From Candidatus Micrarchaeota archaeon (GTDB lineage: Archaea; Micrarchaeota; Micrarchaeia; Micrarchaeales; CABMGC01), in contig JAJZYR010000001.1 of the NCBI GenBank assembly GCA_021797995.1, positions 6,114-70,113 on the forward strand: a stretch of 64,000 nucleotides of DNA. The letters are read 5' to 3'. The position numbers and the translations under genes are program-made. The notes under the pieces were generated by a model, which was given only the letters and a program-made list of their open reading frames with translations, ran no database searches and was not told the origin of the DNA. Shown in pieces: positions 28,164 to 38,311 of this stretch. The first letter of the stretch is position 1, and each line of letters begins with the position of its first letter.

Positions 28164-29213
28164 TCATATGGCTTCGAGGCCGCCGTACGTCGTCTCCTTC
28201 TGCTCCTCGAATTTGCCTACTATGCTTGATCCCTTTACCCCGGTAACTATCGCGACGATCTCTATCTGGCCCTCATATCCAGGGATGATTCTTGCCCCCC
28301 ACTTTATGTTGGCCTTTGGATCCATGCGCTCGGTTATTACCTCCCCTGCCTTAATCGCATCTCCAAGCGTAAGGTCAGACGCACCTGATATGTGTATGAG
28401 AGCGCCCCTTGCATTCTCAAAGTCCACATCAAGAAGCTTGTTCTTCAATACGGCCTCTGCCGCTGCAGTCACCTTGTCGTTGCCCTTTCCGGTGCCGACT
28501 GAGATGAAACCCACATCGCCGCTTCCCATTATGGAGCGCACGTCGGCAAAGTCTATGTTAATCAGGCTTGGTTGCGTAATCGTCCATACCAGGCCCCCTA
28601 TGGCCTTTGCTAGTATGTCATCGGCAACGGCAAACGCCTCGTTCATCGGGAGGTTTGGCACAAGCTTTACCAGCCTGTTGTTGTCCAGTATGATCACGCT
28701 GTCAGAGTACTTCCTCAACTTCTGTATGCCCTCCTCGGCCTTTACCTTTCTTACTCTTTCGAGGTCGAACGGGTATGTTACCATGGACACCACGATTGCG
28801 CCCTGCTCCTTTGCTATCTGTGCGACTACAGGCATCGCCCCAGTTCCTGTTCCGCCTCCCATGCCTGCGCATAGAAAGACAAGCTGCGCCCCGTAGAGCA
28901 CCTCCTCAAGCTGCTGCCTGTCCACCTCGGCTGCCTTCGCGCCTATGTCAGGAGCGCCTCCGGCTCCCAGGCCGCGGGTTATGCTCTTCCCTATGAGTAT
29001 CTTTTTGATCCTGTCATCTATGATCTTGAAGTGAGTAACGTCTGTGTTCAAAGCCACAAGGTCAGTGCCCTTCACGCCCACCTTCAAAAGCCTATTTACG
29101 GTGTTGTTTCCCCCGCCCCCCACTCCGATAGTCACTATCTTTATCTGCGGCGACGCCGAAGCGTCATCGTTGCTCTTTGCTCCCCCTAACAATTCGTTTG
29201 TAAAGTCTACCAT
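28164..29213 (-). CDS. ftsZ: Cell division protein FtsZ (paralog A)
   Basis: GVGGGGNN, GLGAGG, GGGTGTG, INIDFAD. Confidence 0.96.
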   Translation of the reverse strand: MVDFTNELLGGAKSNDDASASPQIKIVTIGVGGGGNNTVNRLLKVGVKGTDLVALNTDVTHFKIIDDRIKKILIGKSITRGLGAGGAPDIGAKAAEVDRQQLEEVLYGAQLVFLCAGMGGGTGTGAMPVVAQIAKEQGAIVVSMVTYPFDLERVRKVKAEEGIQKLRKYSDSVIILDNNRLVKLVPNLPMNEAFAVADDILAKAIGGLVWTITQPSLINIDFADVRSIMGSGDVGFISVGTGKGNDKVTAAAEAVLKNKLLDVDFENARGALIHISGASDLTLGDAIKAGEVITERMDPKANIKWGARIIPGYEGQIEIVAIVTGVKGSSIVGKFEEQKETTYGGLEAI

Positions 29214-29423
29214 ACAGATCGCCTGTGATTGAGATTACAATAGATAGGTTTAAATATCTTTTGTAAAATCCAGGGTAGTGGAATGTGTTTATCCCGATGG
29301 CATAAGTGATACTGCAGTACATGAATCTTACCTGATATGCAATAAAAGCTTGGCGGGGATATCCATTTATTGCGATAAAAAACAGGAAAGATGTGCATGC
29401 CCGGAATTGGAAAAGGCAGGATA

Positions 29424-29708
29424 ATGGATAGACTGCGCAGGGAAGGGCTTACCCAATTCCAGCAGAATGTGCTCGTAAAGGTAATGGAGATTCCGAAGGG
29501 GGAGACAAGGAGCTACAAGCAGGTTGCAGTCATGGCAGGATACCCTAATGCGTACAGGGCCGTAGGCACTGCGATGAAGAAAAATCCGATGGCGCCAGTG
29601 ATTCCGTGCCATAGGGTAATAAAGAGCAGTGGGGAGCCCGGGGAATACTCTGGAAGAGGGGGAAGAACCGAGAAAGTGCGCATGCTGAAGAAGGAGAGGG
29701 CCTTGTAA
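29424..29708 (+). CDS. ogt: O6-methylguanine-DNA methyltransferase (C-terminal domain only)
   Basis: IPKGETRSY, RAVGTA, active site PCHRV. Confidence 0.9.
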   Translation: MDRLRREGLTQFQQNVLVKVMEIPKGETRSYKQVAVMAGYPNAYRAVGTAMKKNPMAPVIPCHRVIKSSGEPGEYSGRGGRTEKVRMLKKERAL

Positions 29709-29817
29709 TATCGCGTAGTGCCGCCCTGGATGTGCCTGCCTTATCCATCGTGACAGGCAATGCTTATGCACACAGGCGCCAATTGCATATCAAGAGCATG
29801 AGCTTATGGCAGCACTC

Positions 29818-31584
29818 TTATTTGTCCTCGACCCTTATCTTCCTCTGCTGCCCAAACATCTCGATTATCTCCTTTGTCGTGGTCGCATCCTCAGCACTCT
29901 TGTCCTTCCGCACCCCATCGCTTATTATCCTTGGGAATCTCAGCGCGTACCCTATGCCTGAGGAGTCCTTCCCGCATGCATGCATCGGCGACCTTGTTAT
30001 CTCATCTGCCCTTACCTCGACTATATATGTTGGCTCGACCCAAAAATCCGGCACGACAACGGAGTCTACTCTTGCGGGCTTGTGCGATACCTTTATCTTG
30101 TCAAGCATCCTCTTGAAGCTCTTCATCTGCTCTTCCGAGAATCCTGTCCCAATCCTAGTTACCGATTCGAACACGTCCTTCTTCTCATCGTAGGCCGCAG
30201 CAAGGAGTCCGCCAAACTGAAACTCGGCCCTCTGCCCTCTTCCAAGATAGTAGCCTATTATAACCAGATCGACCGTGTCTGAGAGCTCCCCCTTGTAGCT
30301 CCTCTTGAGCTTTATCCAGCTGAACTTCCTTGCGCCTGCAACGTACGGCGAATCAAGACCCTTTGCCACGATGCCTTCAAGCCCGTTACCCACCTGCTCC
30401 TCGAAGTACTTCTCAAGCTCGCCTGGCTTCTCGGCCAGTATCCTGTCCGACGGAAGGATTATACCCCCTTTGCCTATTATCGACTCAAGGCCCGCCCTCC
30501 TCTCATGGTATGGCTTATTCAGATAGTCCTCGCCGTCCAGGTACATGAGGTCAAACGCGAAGAGATGAAGCGGGATCGAGAGGCTTTTCTCCTCTATCCC
30601 GTGCTTTCTCTTCCTTTGTATTGTCTCCTGGAAGGGCCTAAACTCCCCTGTAGCCTCGTCATACGCTATCGCCTCTCCCTCAATTATGACCTTGTCGGCA
30701 TTTATCTCGGACAGCGCCGCCGCTGCTATGTCAGGGAGCATCGGCGTCAGCCTTTCGAGGTTCCTCGAGAATATCTCCACTTTCTTCTTGGCCCTGTCCA
30801 TATGGACCTGCGCCCTGAGCCCGTCGTACTTAGACTCCACGGCGCACCTTCCGTGCATCTTCTCAAGGATTTCCTCGGCAGTTGGAAGCCTCTCCGCAAG
30901 GGCCGGCCTTATGGGATTGAAAAGCGAGACCTTGAGCTCCGCCGCTCCGCCAACCCCTGACTCCGCAAGGATCTCGCCCACCTTTCCGAGGTCGCCGCAT
31001 ATGTTGTATGCATTTTCAAGGGCCTGCTTTGCCTCTCTCCCTCCCGTCGCATTCTTTGATAGCGCCTCCAGTATCGTTGCATCTCCTACCCCTAATCTCA
31101 GCTTTCCGAGAGCAAACCTTATTATGTACCTGGACTCCAGGGGCGACGCCGCAGAGAGGAGCGAAACGAGGAGGTGTATCTTTGCCTCCTGGCTCCCCTG
31201 CCCTGATGTGCCTGCAATCTTCAGCATCGTCCCAAACACATCGCTTATGCCGTGCTTCTCCGACCTTATCCTCCTGAGCCTTGTTTTACCTGCAAGCTCC
31301 TCTGCCACACTTCCTATGTCCCCTGCCTTCCTTGAAAGTGCAACAACCTCTTCCTTGGAGAATCCGGTGGCAGCGGCGACTGCCTGCTGCGCAAACTTCT
31401 CGGCAATGCCGAGATCTAAGCTCTCAAAAGGCGGGCCGAGCAGCCCCTGCGTCATATATATCAGCGGACGCATCTCACCTCTCTTTGCCTTTCCAAACAT
31501 CCCAGCAAGTATGTCTATCATCGTCAGGCGTGACGAAACGGCTTCAAGCTTCTGGTAATAAAACGCAACCTCCTCGAAGAGCAT
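29818..31584 (-). CDS. lig: ATP-dependent DNA ligase
   Basis: ExKYDG, EGIVAK, WIKLK, DLVIIG, ALRFPR. Confidence 0.97.
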   Translation of the reverse strand: MLFEEVAFYYQKLEAVSSRLTMIDILAGMFGKAKRGEMRPLIYMTQGLLGPPFESLDLGIAEKFAQQAVAAATGFSKEEVVALSRKAGDIGSVAEELAGKTRLRRIRSEKHGISDVFGTMLKIAGTSGQGSQEAKIHLLVSLLSAASPLESRYIIRFALGKLRLGVGDATILEALSKNATGGREAKQALENAYNICGDLGKVGEILAESGVGGAAELKVSLFNPIRPALAERLPTAEEILEKMHGRCAVESKYDGLRAQVHMDRAKKKVEIFSRNLERLTPMLPDIAAAALSEINADKVIIEGEAIAYDEATGEFRPFQETIQRKRKHGIEEKSLSIPLHLFAFDLMYLDGEDYLNKPYHERRAGLESIIGKGGIILPSDRILAEKPGELEKYFEEQVGNGLEGIVAKGLDSPYVAGARKFSWIKLKRSYKGELSDTVDLVIIGYYLGRGQRAEFQFGGLLAAAYDEKKDVFESVTRIGTGFSEEQMKSFKRMLDKIKVSHKPARVDSVVVPDFWVEPTYIVEVRADEITRSPMHACGKDSSGIGYALRFPRIISDGVRKDKSAEDATTTKEIIEMFGQQRKIRVEDK

Positions 31585-31711
31585 TATATCCCAGAAACCC
31601 TCTCAGGCAAGCAATAAATGTGTTGCTGTGCCTCTGCAAACTGAATACCGGAAGTAAAGGCACCATACGCCTTTTTATATGATAAAAAGAAAATACTATT
31701 TCGGTGTAGGA

Positions 31712-31969
31712 ATGGCAGCATCGAATACGTTGGGGGTCGGGAAGCAGCAGTTCAGGAGCCTTAATGGAAGGCCGCAGGACGCAGAGCAGATAGCAGATCA
31801 CTTGTGGGAGCACGTAAAGTATCCTGCAAGCAGGAGAAGTATAATAAGTGCCTGCGGCGGACTGGAATGCCTGAACAGCGAGGAAGACAGAAGGTGGTTG
31901 ATGGAAAACCTCTACGACGGTACCTTTAGGAATGCAAGAGAGGTCGAAAAGTCCCTCAACATAGAGTGA
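31712..31969 (+). CDS. Small hypothetical helical protein (DUF2795/MTH865-like)
   Basis: HVKYPASRxxIIxAC...LxDGTFxNAxEVxKSL pattern; family assignment tentative. Confidence 0.55.
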   Translation: MAASNTLGVGKQQFRSLNGRPQDAEQIADHLWEHVKYPASRRSIISACGGLECLNSEEDRRWLMENLYDGTFRNAREVEKSLNIE

Positions 31970-32046
31970 AGCGGGGCGCATGGCGCCCCCTTCAGCTTAC
32001 TGGCTTACTTTTTTATCCTTTGCCTGTGGAATGCTGTCGTGGTCGG

Positions 32047-32664
32047 ATGATAGAGTACAGCGGGCTTGCGCTGGAGACGGCTATGGAGGTATATGAACCG
32101 TCCGACGATTCATTTCTAGCGGCTGACTTCGTTCAGGAGTACCTTGATCGGCTCGGCAAGGGAGGTATCAGAGCCATCGATATAGGAACAGGGACTGGAA
32201 TCCTGGGGCTGGTTGCGGCGAGGAGCAAGAAAGTCAGGAGCATGGTGCTCTCCGATATAGACCCCAAGGCCGTGTCACTGGCATTATCGAACTATAGAAG
32301 AAACCGTGAGCACGTTGCTGCCGAGTGCTCCTTTGTCAAAAGCGATATGTTCTCTGAGATAAATGGATGTTTTGACATGATCATATTCAATGCGCCGTAT
32401 TTGAGGCACGAAGAGAAGGCTGGCAGCGGGGGTGGCTGGTGGGACGGCGGCCCAAACGGGATAGAGGTCTCAAAGAGGTTTTTAGCCGAAGCAGTAGGGC
32501 ATCTTAGCAGGGCTGGTGTTGTATTCCTGGTTTACAGTTCGCTGGGTGCTGTCGGGAATCTGAAGGCGGCAATAAACGATCTGGGCATGTGTGAGGTCAA
32601 TTCCAGATCCCTGCACCTCTTCTTCGAGGACATTGTAGTGTCTATGCTTTCCTGCACACATTAG
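32047..32664 (+). CDS. HemK2/PrmC-like SAM-dependent methyltransferase
   Basis: VYEPSDDS, DIGTGTG, FNAPY, DGGPNG. Confidence 0.88.
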   Translation: MIEYSGLALETAMEVYEPSDDSFLAADFVQEYLDRLGKGGIRAIDIGTGTGILGLVAARSKKVRSMVLSDIDPKAVSLALSNYRRNREHVAAECSFVKSDMFSEINGCFDMIIFNAPYLRHEEKAGSGGGWWDGGPNGIEVSKRFLAEAVGHLSRAGVVFLVYSSLGAVGNLKAAINDLGMCEVNSRSLHLFFEDIVVSMLSCTH

Positions 32665-32673
32665 CCTGTTGTA

Positions 32674-33933
32674 TTATCTCGGCTTTTGCAGCCTCAATAC
32701 CTTCCTTACTTTGGCTATGGCGCCAACAGCCCTGTCCACATCCTCCATGTTATTATACAGATAGAAGCTCATCCTTGCCACTGAGGGCTCGTTCAGCACC
32801 TTATTCACCAATGGCATTGCACAGTGATGGCCTGCTCTTATTGCAACCCCTTCGCTGTCGAAGATGGTCGCGACATCATGCGGATGCGCGCCCTTTATAT
32901 TGAACGATATTACGCCTCCGCGGTGTTCCGTGTCCTGCCCGTCTGGCCCATAGACAGTGACGCCGGCTTCAGAGGAAAGTCTCTCAAGCGCATACGCTGT
33001 AAGCGCAACCTCGTGCGCCCTTATCATTTTCATGCCCGCAGAGTTAAGGTACTCTATGGCCCTTCCCAGACCTATGCCTCCCTCTATGTTCGGGGTTCCG
33101 GCCTCAAATTTCCACGGAAGCTCGTTCCACGTAGACTCCTTGAAGTCCACGCTGCGTATCATGTCGCCTCCACCAAGGAACGGTGGCATCTCCTCAAGGA
33201 GTTCCTCGCGGCCGTATAGCACGCCTATCCCAGCTGGGGCAAGCATCTTATGCCCGGAAAAAGCATAGAAGTCTGGATTTATTTCGCCGATGTCCACTGC
33301 GAAGTGCGGCGCTGCCTGGGCGCCATCCACAAGCACGACTGCCCCGGCCTTGTGGCCCAGTTCAGTTATCTTCTTAGCATCGGTTATAGATCCAAGGACA
33401 TTAGACGCATGCGTGAATGCAAGCATCTTAGGCCCTTCCGCAAGCTTTGCCTTAAGATCATCCATATCTATGCCGCCACTTCCCCGGCTAAGCCTTACAA
33501 AGTCGAGAATGGCACCGTTCCTCTGCGCAAGGAGCTGCCATGGGACTATGTTGCTGTGGTGCTCCATCTCGGTTATAAGAATACGGTCCCCCTTACCTAT
33601 GTTCTTCTCACCCCATGAGCGCGCGACGAGGTTTATCGACTCTGTGGTATTCCTTGTGTAGATTATGTTCCTGTATGATGCAGCGTTGACAAACCTGGCG
33701 ACGAGATCCTTTGAGCCTGTATAAGCCTCTGTGGCCCTTACCGAGATTTCATAGAGTCCGCGGTGTATGTTTGCATTATATCCTTTGTAGTACGCCGATA
33801 TCGCCTCTATGACTTGTATTGGCTTCTGCGAAGTCGATGCGCTGTCAAGGTAAACTAGAGGCTTTCCATGGGACAGCGTTGACAGTATTGGAAAGTCCTT
33901 CCTTATCACTTTCGTATCAAGTCCCTGCTGCAT
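32674..33933 (-). CDS. sufS: Cysteine desulfurase SufS
   Basis: YLDSASTSQKP, DGAQ, FSGHK, RAGHHCA. Confidence 0.96.
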   Translation of the reverse strand: MQQGLDTKVIRKDFPILSTLSHGKPLVYLDSASTSQKPIQVIEAISAYYKGYNANIHRGLYEISVRATEAYTGSKDLVARFVNAASYRNIIYTRNTTESINLVARSWGEKNIGKGDRILITEMEHHSNIVPWQLLAQRNGAILDFVRLSRGSGGIDMDDLKAKLAEGPKMLAFTHASNVLGSITDAKKITELGHKAGAVVLVDGAQAAPHFAVDIGEINPDFYAFSGHKMLAPAGIGVLYGREELLEEMPPFLGGGDMIRSVDFKESTWNELPWKFEAGTPNIEGGIGLGRAIEYLNSAGMKMIRAHEVALTAYALERLSSEAGVTVYGPDGQDTEHRGGVISFNIKGAHPHDVATIFDSEGVAIRAGHHCAMPLVNKVLNEPSVARMSFYLYNNMEDVDRAVGAIAKVRKVLRLQKPR

Positions 33934-33937
33934 GATG

Positions 33938-34663
33938 TCATCCTAGGCCGTATCCGGACCTCTCTATCTCATCTATAAGCTCCTTTCCGCCTTCCCTGAC
34001 AATCCTGCCGTCTTGCATGATGTGTATGACCTTCGGCTGCATGTAATTTAATATCCTGCTGTAGTGGGTTATGATAAGAAGCCCGAGCTTCGTTTCCCTC
34101 TGAAGCTCGTTTACGTTCTCTGCAACAAGCTTTACCGCGTCGATATCCAGCCCTGAGTCTGGCTCATCGAGTATTGCGATCTTCGGCTTCAGCACCGCCA
34201 TCTGGAGTATTTCCACTTTCTTCTTCTCGCCCCCTGAAAAGCCGTAGTTCAACGACCTCCCTATCAGATCCTCCTTCATTTTAAGCTTCTCTGACCTTTC
34301 CTTAACCTCGGCCATAAACTCCTTGAATGGCTTGGTGTTCCCTGCCGAGCCCCTTGCGGTGTTCAGAAAATTCATGAAGCCGAGGCCCTCTATCTCAGTG
34401 GGGCTCTGGAATTCCAGGAAGAGCCCGCACTTTGCACGCTCATTTGGCTTCATCCCTTTTATGCTCTCCCCGTCAACCAGTATGTCACCATGCGTCACTT
34501 TCAGCAGGGGATGACCCATTATCGCCTTTGCTAGGGTCGTCTTTCCGGAGCCGTTCGGCCCCATGAGGACGTGCTGCTCCCCGCCTTTTACTGTAAGGCT
34601 TAGTCCTTTCACTATCTCCTTTCCTTCGGCTTCCACATGCAGATCCTTTATTTCCAGTATCAT
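33938..34663 (-). CDS. sufC: Fe-S cluster assembly ATPase SufC
   Basis: GPNGSGKT, FSGGEKK, LDEPDSGLDIDA, ITHY. Confidence 0.96.
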   Translation of the reverse strand: MILEIKDLHVEAEGKEIVKGLSLTVKGGEQHVLMGPNGSGKTTLAKAIMGHPLLKVTHGDILVDGESIKGMKPNERAKCGLFLEFQSPTEIEGLGFMNFLNTARGSAGNTKPFKEFMAEVKERSEKLKMKEDLIGRSLNYGFSGGEKKKVEILQMAVLKPKIAILDEPDSGLDIDAVKLVAENVNELQRETKLGLLIITHYSRILNYMQPKVIHIMQDGRIVREGGKELIDEIERSGYGLG

Positions 34664-34667
34664 CGCA

Positions 34668-35909
34668 TCACTTCTTTCTTACTTCCCCGAGCCATATATT
34701 CTTTGGCGTTATGTCTGATATGACCCCGAATGCCTTGGTATCGAGCTTATCGAGCATTATCGACATCGCAATCTCCCTCATGTTCGGATCTTCCATTCTT
34801 GAGATGTATTTTGCCATGAATGCAGTAACGATTATCTTCTTTGCCTTCTCTTCATCGAGCCCCCTTGACGTAAGATAGAACAGGGACTCCAAGTCGATTG
34901 GTGAGGTAGAAGCGGAGTGAGTCGCCTTGACCTCATTGCTGTAATCTATGGCCATGTCGGGCAGCGCGTCTATATGGGCATCGGGGCTGAGCAGAATCCC
35001 CCTCTCCGCTATCTTTGAGTCTGCGCCTTTTGCGCCATGGCTTACCTTTGCATAGCCCTTTAGCATGCACCCTGATGAGTCGTCAAGGACAGCCCCAGAC
35101 TCTATGTTTGCGCTGCTGTATGGGGCCGTATTTAATACGGCTGCATTGAGGTCGAAGACCTGGGCCTTTGCACCATATGCAAATTCAGTCACATCTATCC
35201 TGCTTGAATGGCCTCCTGAGTCCAAGATGCTTACGGCCTTTGTTGCATTTCCGCCGCAGTAAAAGTAGTTTGCATTTATCCTTGCACCTTCTGCCGCACT
35301 TGCCTTGCAGAGGCCCAATACCGACGTATGCTCATTCTCATTGTGCAGGGCATTCATCTCTATCTGCGAGTTCTTTGCTGCAGAGACCTCATGAAGGATT
35401 GAGACTGTCGAGCTGCTCTTTGAATTGGAGACATATAACTCTGAAAGCCTGAGCCTCGAATATTCGCCGAGGTTCACTATTACCTGTACTGAAAGGTTGC
35501 CTGCGTTTACGAAGAGGATATTCATTTTCTCTTCCGATCTTTCTGGAGAGTCTATGAGGATGAAGTACCGCGCATTTCCATTGACATATGCGGCAAGCTT
35601 GCTCTCGCTGCTGCGGAATAGCTTATTCTTCAGGAGAGAGTCGCTTGCGTCCTTTGCCTCTATTATCCTTATCTTACCGTTTATGGCTTTAGTAAACGAG
35701 TCGGAGATTATCGCATCGAACTTCATCCTCGTCTTGTTGCATATCGAACTTATGAGTGCATCGAGCCCGCTGATGCCCGTCTTTTGGAACGGCTCTTCGT
35801 CTCCGGGAAGCGGAATAGCCACATTATATCTCTTATACACCTCGTTACTCTCATACGGAAGCATTTGGTAATACTCCCTGGCCTCTTTGATAAATTCGGT
35901 ATAAGACAA
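34668..35909 (-). CDS. sufD: Fe-S cluster assembly protein SufD
   Basis: C-terminal ALPDMAI...VKATHSAS...LFYLTSRGL; located between sufB and sufC. Confidence 0.88.
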   Translation of the reverse strand: MSYTEFIKEAREYYQMLPYESNEVYKRYNVAIPLPGDEEPFQKTGISGLDALISSICNKTRMKFDAIISDSFTKAINGKIRIIEAKDASDSLLKNKLFRSSESKLAAYVNGNARYFILIDSPERSEEKMNILFVNAGNLSVQVIVNLGEYSRLRLSELYVSNSKSSSTVSILHEVSAAKNSQIEMNALHNENEHTSVLGLCKASAAEGARINANYFYCGGNATKAVSILDSGGHSSRIDVTEFAYGAKAQVFDLNAAVLNTAPYSSANIESGAVLDDSSGCMLKGYAKVSHGAKGADSKIAERGILLSPDAHIDALPDMAIDYSNEVKATHSASTSPIDLESLFYLTSRGLDEEKAKKIIVTAFMAKYISRMEDPNMREIAMSIMLDKLDTKAFGVISDITPKNIWLGEVRKK

Positions 35910-35928
35910 ATTAGCACCAGCCGTTGAC

Positions 35929-37857
35929 TTAGCCTATCCCATTGCTCGTATCCAGCTTTATTAGCCTCTTGAGTTCCAACGAATATTCAAGGGGTAGCAC
36001 CTTCGTAAGGTCGTCTATAAATCCCAGGACTATCATAGCTATCGCATCATCCTCCTGGATTCCCCTTGACGTCAGGTAGAAGATGTCGTCATCGCTTATC
36101 TTCCCAACCCTCGCCTCGTGGCTTACCATCGCGTCGCTCCGGTTTATCTGGTTGTACGGAAAGGTATTTGTCTTTGCGTTCTCGTCGAGCAGGAGCGCAT
36201 CGCATGAGACGTGGGCCTTTACGTTAGCAGCATTCTTCGCCACGTGCATAAGTCCCCGGAAGGTGGTTACTCCACTTCCCTTTGATATACTCTTCGAGAC
36301 TATCTTTGAAGTGGTGTTAGAAGCGAGATGGTATATCTTGCCGCCAGAGTCCTGAACCTGTCCATCCCCCGCTATTGCTATCGAGAGAACCTCCCCGCGT
36401 GCGTGTTCTCCCATAAGGTATATCGAGGGATATTTCATGTTCACCTTGCTGCCTATATTCGCGTCGATCCATTCAACTCTTCCATTCTTCGCAACGTGGG
36501 CGCGCTGCGTGACAAGGTTGTAGATATTTTTTGACCAGTTCTGAACTGTTACGTATCTGATGTGGGCCCCTTCAAGCGCAACGAGCTCTACAACTGCAGC
36601 ATGAAGTGAGTCTTTCTTGTAGACTGGCGCAGTGCAGTTGTGTACAAGTACCCCTCCGGCAACATAACTTTCGTCCTCCTCAACACTGAAGTTGTACACG
36701 TTTATCTTATCAACTTCTATAGATGATATGGAATTAACTGCTACGAGCGCATAGTCTTCCAGGGTCTCTGATCTCAACAGCTTTACATTCCCGGAAAGGA
36801 TCTCTGTTAAGATGTCCAATTTGTGGTTGATTACGCTTGATATCGGCATGACTAGATAGTCTCCAATATGAACATTTGATACTTTCACCCACGTTGCAGT
36901 AAGGTTCTTGTTATTCGGTTTCTCTACCTCGCGCCTAACAACAAGCAATGGATGTTCTTCTGTAACATTCAAGTCTTGTTTGCAGTTAACATAACTGACC
37001 TGATACAATTTTCCGGCATACTGCCTTACCTGGGCACTGTAGACCCTCCTGTATACGCCATTATGGGTCAGGGTCCTGTCCCCTACTTTTATCTCTTCTA
37101 TCGCTTTTACCCCATTATCTGTAACCACCCCTGTCCCTGCTATGAAACACCCCTCGATATAGGTAACATCAGCGCCCTCATCGGCGATTATGAGCGTCCT
37201 CTCGAACTGGCCGGCATTCATGGCGTTTATCCTGAAATATGCGTTGAGCGCCATCGGAACCTTGACTCCTTTTGGGACATAAATAAAACTTCCACCACTC
37301 CATGTTGCGGTGTTTAGCGCCGCGAACTTGTTGTCCGTGGCTGGTATCTCCGCCCCAAAGTACTTCTTCATGAGCTCCGGGTACTTCTTTACGGCACTGT
37401 CCGTATCCGTGAATATTATTCCGAGCCTGTCCAGCTCCTTGTTCACATGCGAGTACACGACCCCACTGTCGAACTGCGCCTCTGCGCCGGAGAAGAACTT
37501 CCTCTCTGCTTCAGGCACCCCCAGCTTGTCGAACGTGTCCTTGATCTCCGGAGGCACGTCCTCCCAGCTCTTTGACTCTCCCCCCTTGGGCTTCAGGTAA
37601 TAGTAATATTCATTGAAATCGATTTTGCTGAGGTCTGCACCCCATGCCGGTACAGGCTTGTGCTGAAAGACCCTGAAACCTGTGAGCCTTTTCTCAAGCA
37701 TCCACTCCGGCTCGCCCTTCAGCTTAGAGATTCTTCTGACAATCTCTTCGGACAACCCCCTTGGAAACACATCGTATTCGACATCCTTGCTGAATCCGTA
37801 CTTCTTTATGTACTCCGACTTGTCAGCCATCTCCCCTATTCCTTCATTTGCCATCAA
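35929..37857 (-). CDS. sufB: Fe-S cluster assembly protein SufB, intein-containing
   Basis: WSGGSFIYVPKG, GQFERTLI, YIEG|intein|CTAP, LHAAVVE, YLTSRG. Confidence 0.96.
   Translation of the reverse strand: MMANEGIGEMADKSEYIKKYGFSKDVEYDVFPRGLSEEIVRRISKLKGEPEWMLEKRLTGFRVFQHKPVPAWGADLSKIDFNEYYYYLKPKGGESKSWEDVPPEIKDTFDKLGVPEAERKFFSGAEAQFDSGVVYSHVNKELDRLGIIFTDTDSAVKKYPELMKKYFGAEIPATDNKFAALNTATWSGGSFIYVPKGVKVPMALNAYFRINAMNAGQFERTLIIADEGADVTYIEGCFIAGTGVVTDNGVKAIEEIKVGDRTLTHNGVYRRVYSAQVRQYAGKLYQVSYVNCKQDLNVTEEHPLLVVRREVEKPNNKNLTATWVKVSNVHIGDYLVMPISSVINHKLDILTEILSGNVKLLRSETLEDYALVAVNSISSIEVDKINVYNFSVEEDESYVAGGVLVHNCTAPVYKKDSLHAAVVELVALEGAHIRYVTVQNWSKNIYNLVTQRAHVAKNGRVEWIDANIGSKVNMKYPSIYLMGEHARGEVLSIAIAGDGQVQDSGGKIYHLASNTTSKIVSKSISKGSGVTTFRGLMHVAKNAANVKAHVSCDALLLDENAKTNTFPYNQINRSDAMVSHEARVGKISDDDIFYLTSRGIQEDDAIAMIVLGFIDDLTKVLPLEYSLELKRLIKLDTSNGIG
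36637..37149 (-). mobile_element. Mini-intein (171 aa, no homing endonuclease) in SufB
   Basis: Block A CFIAGTGV, block B VTEEHP, block F VYNFSVEEDESY, block G VHN|C; visibly AT-richer than the exteins. Confidence 0.95.
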
Positions 37858-37863
37858 TCAAAC

Positions 37864-38193
37864 CTACCCTCTCGCTGCCTTTGAAAACCTGCATGCAAAG
37901 CCGTTTTCCATGCTGCATATAGTGCAGATTGCCATGCCCGCATACTCCTTCCTCCCAGCAGCTATCCGGCTTACATGGCCCGCTATGGCACTCCTGTCAA
38001 TGCCAGCCTCTATTTTCATTATTTCATTGGAATATCTGCCTTTGAGATACTTTGAGACAGCCGCCTGCGCCACATCGAGGTAGTTTGCAATCTCCTGCTC
38101 GGTCATCTCATACTTTTCGTTCAGCTCCTTTGCTATGATCGATCGCGCTGCCGGTACGATTAACTTTGTTGCGCGCATGTATCCGTTGATCAT
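37864..38193 (-). CDS. HTH transcriptional regulator heading the suf operon
   Basis: PAARSIIAKEL...MTEQEIANYLDVAQAAVSKYL HTH; C-terminal CxxC...C; GGAGG upstream of ATG. Confidence 0.85.
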   Translation of the reverse strand: MINGYMRATKLIVPAARSIIAKELNEKYEMTEQEIANYLDVAQAAVSKYLKGRYSNEIMKIEAGIDRSAIAGHVSRIAAGRKEYAGMAICTICSMENGFACRFSKAARG

Positions 38194-38311
38194 CAAACCT
38201 CCGCCTACATTTATAACTGAGTTATATGGCACGCTCTGCTTTATATATCTTAGTGCTGGCACTGCGGCATTGGCGCAGGAAGGGAGCGCAGATGCATCAT
38301 GGCAGGGCGGC

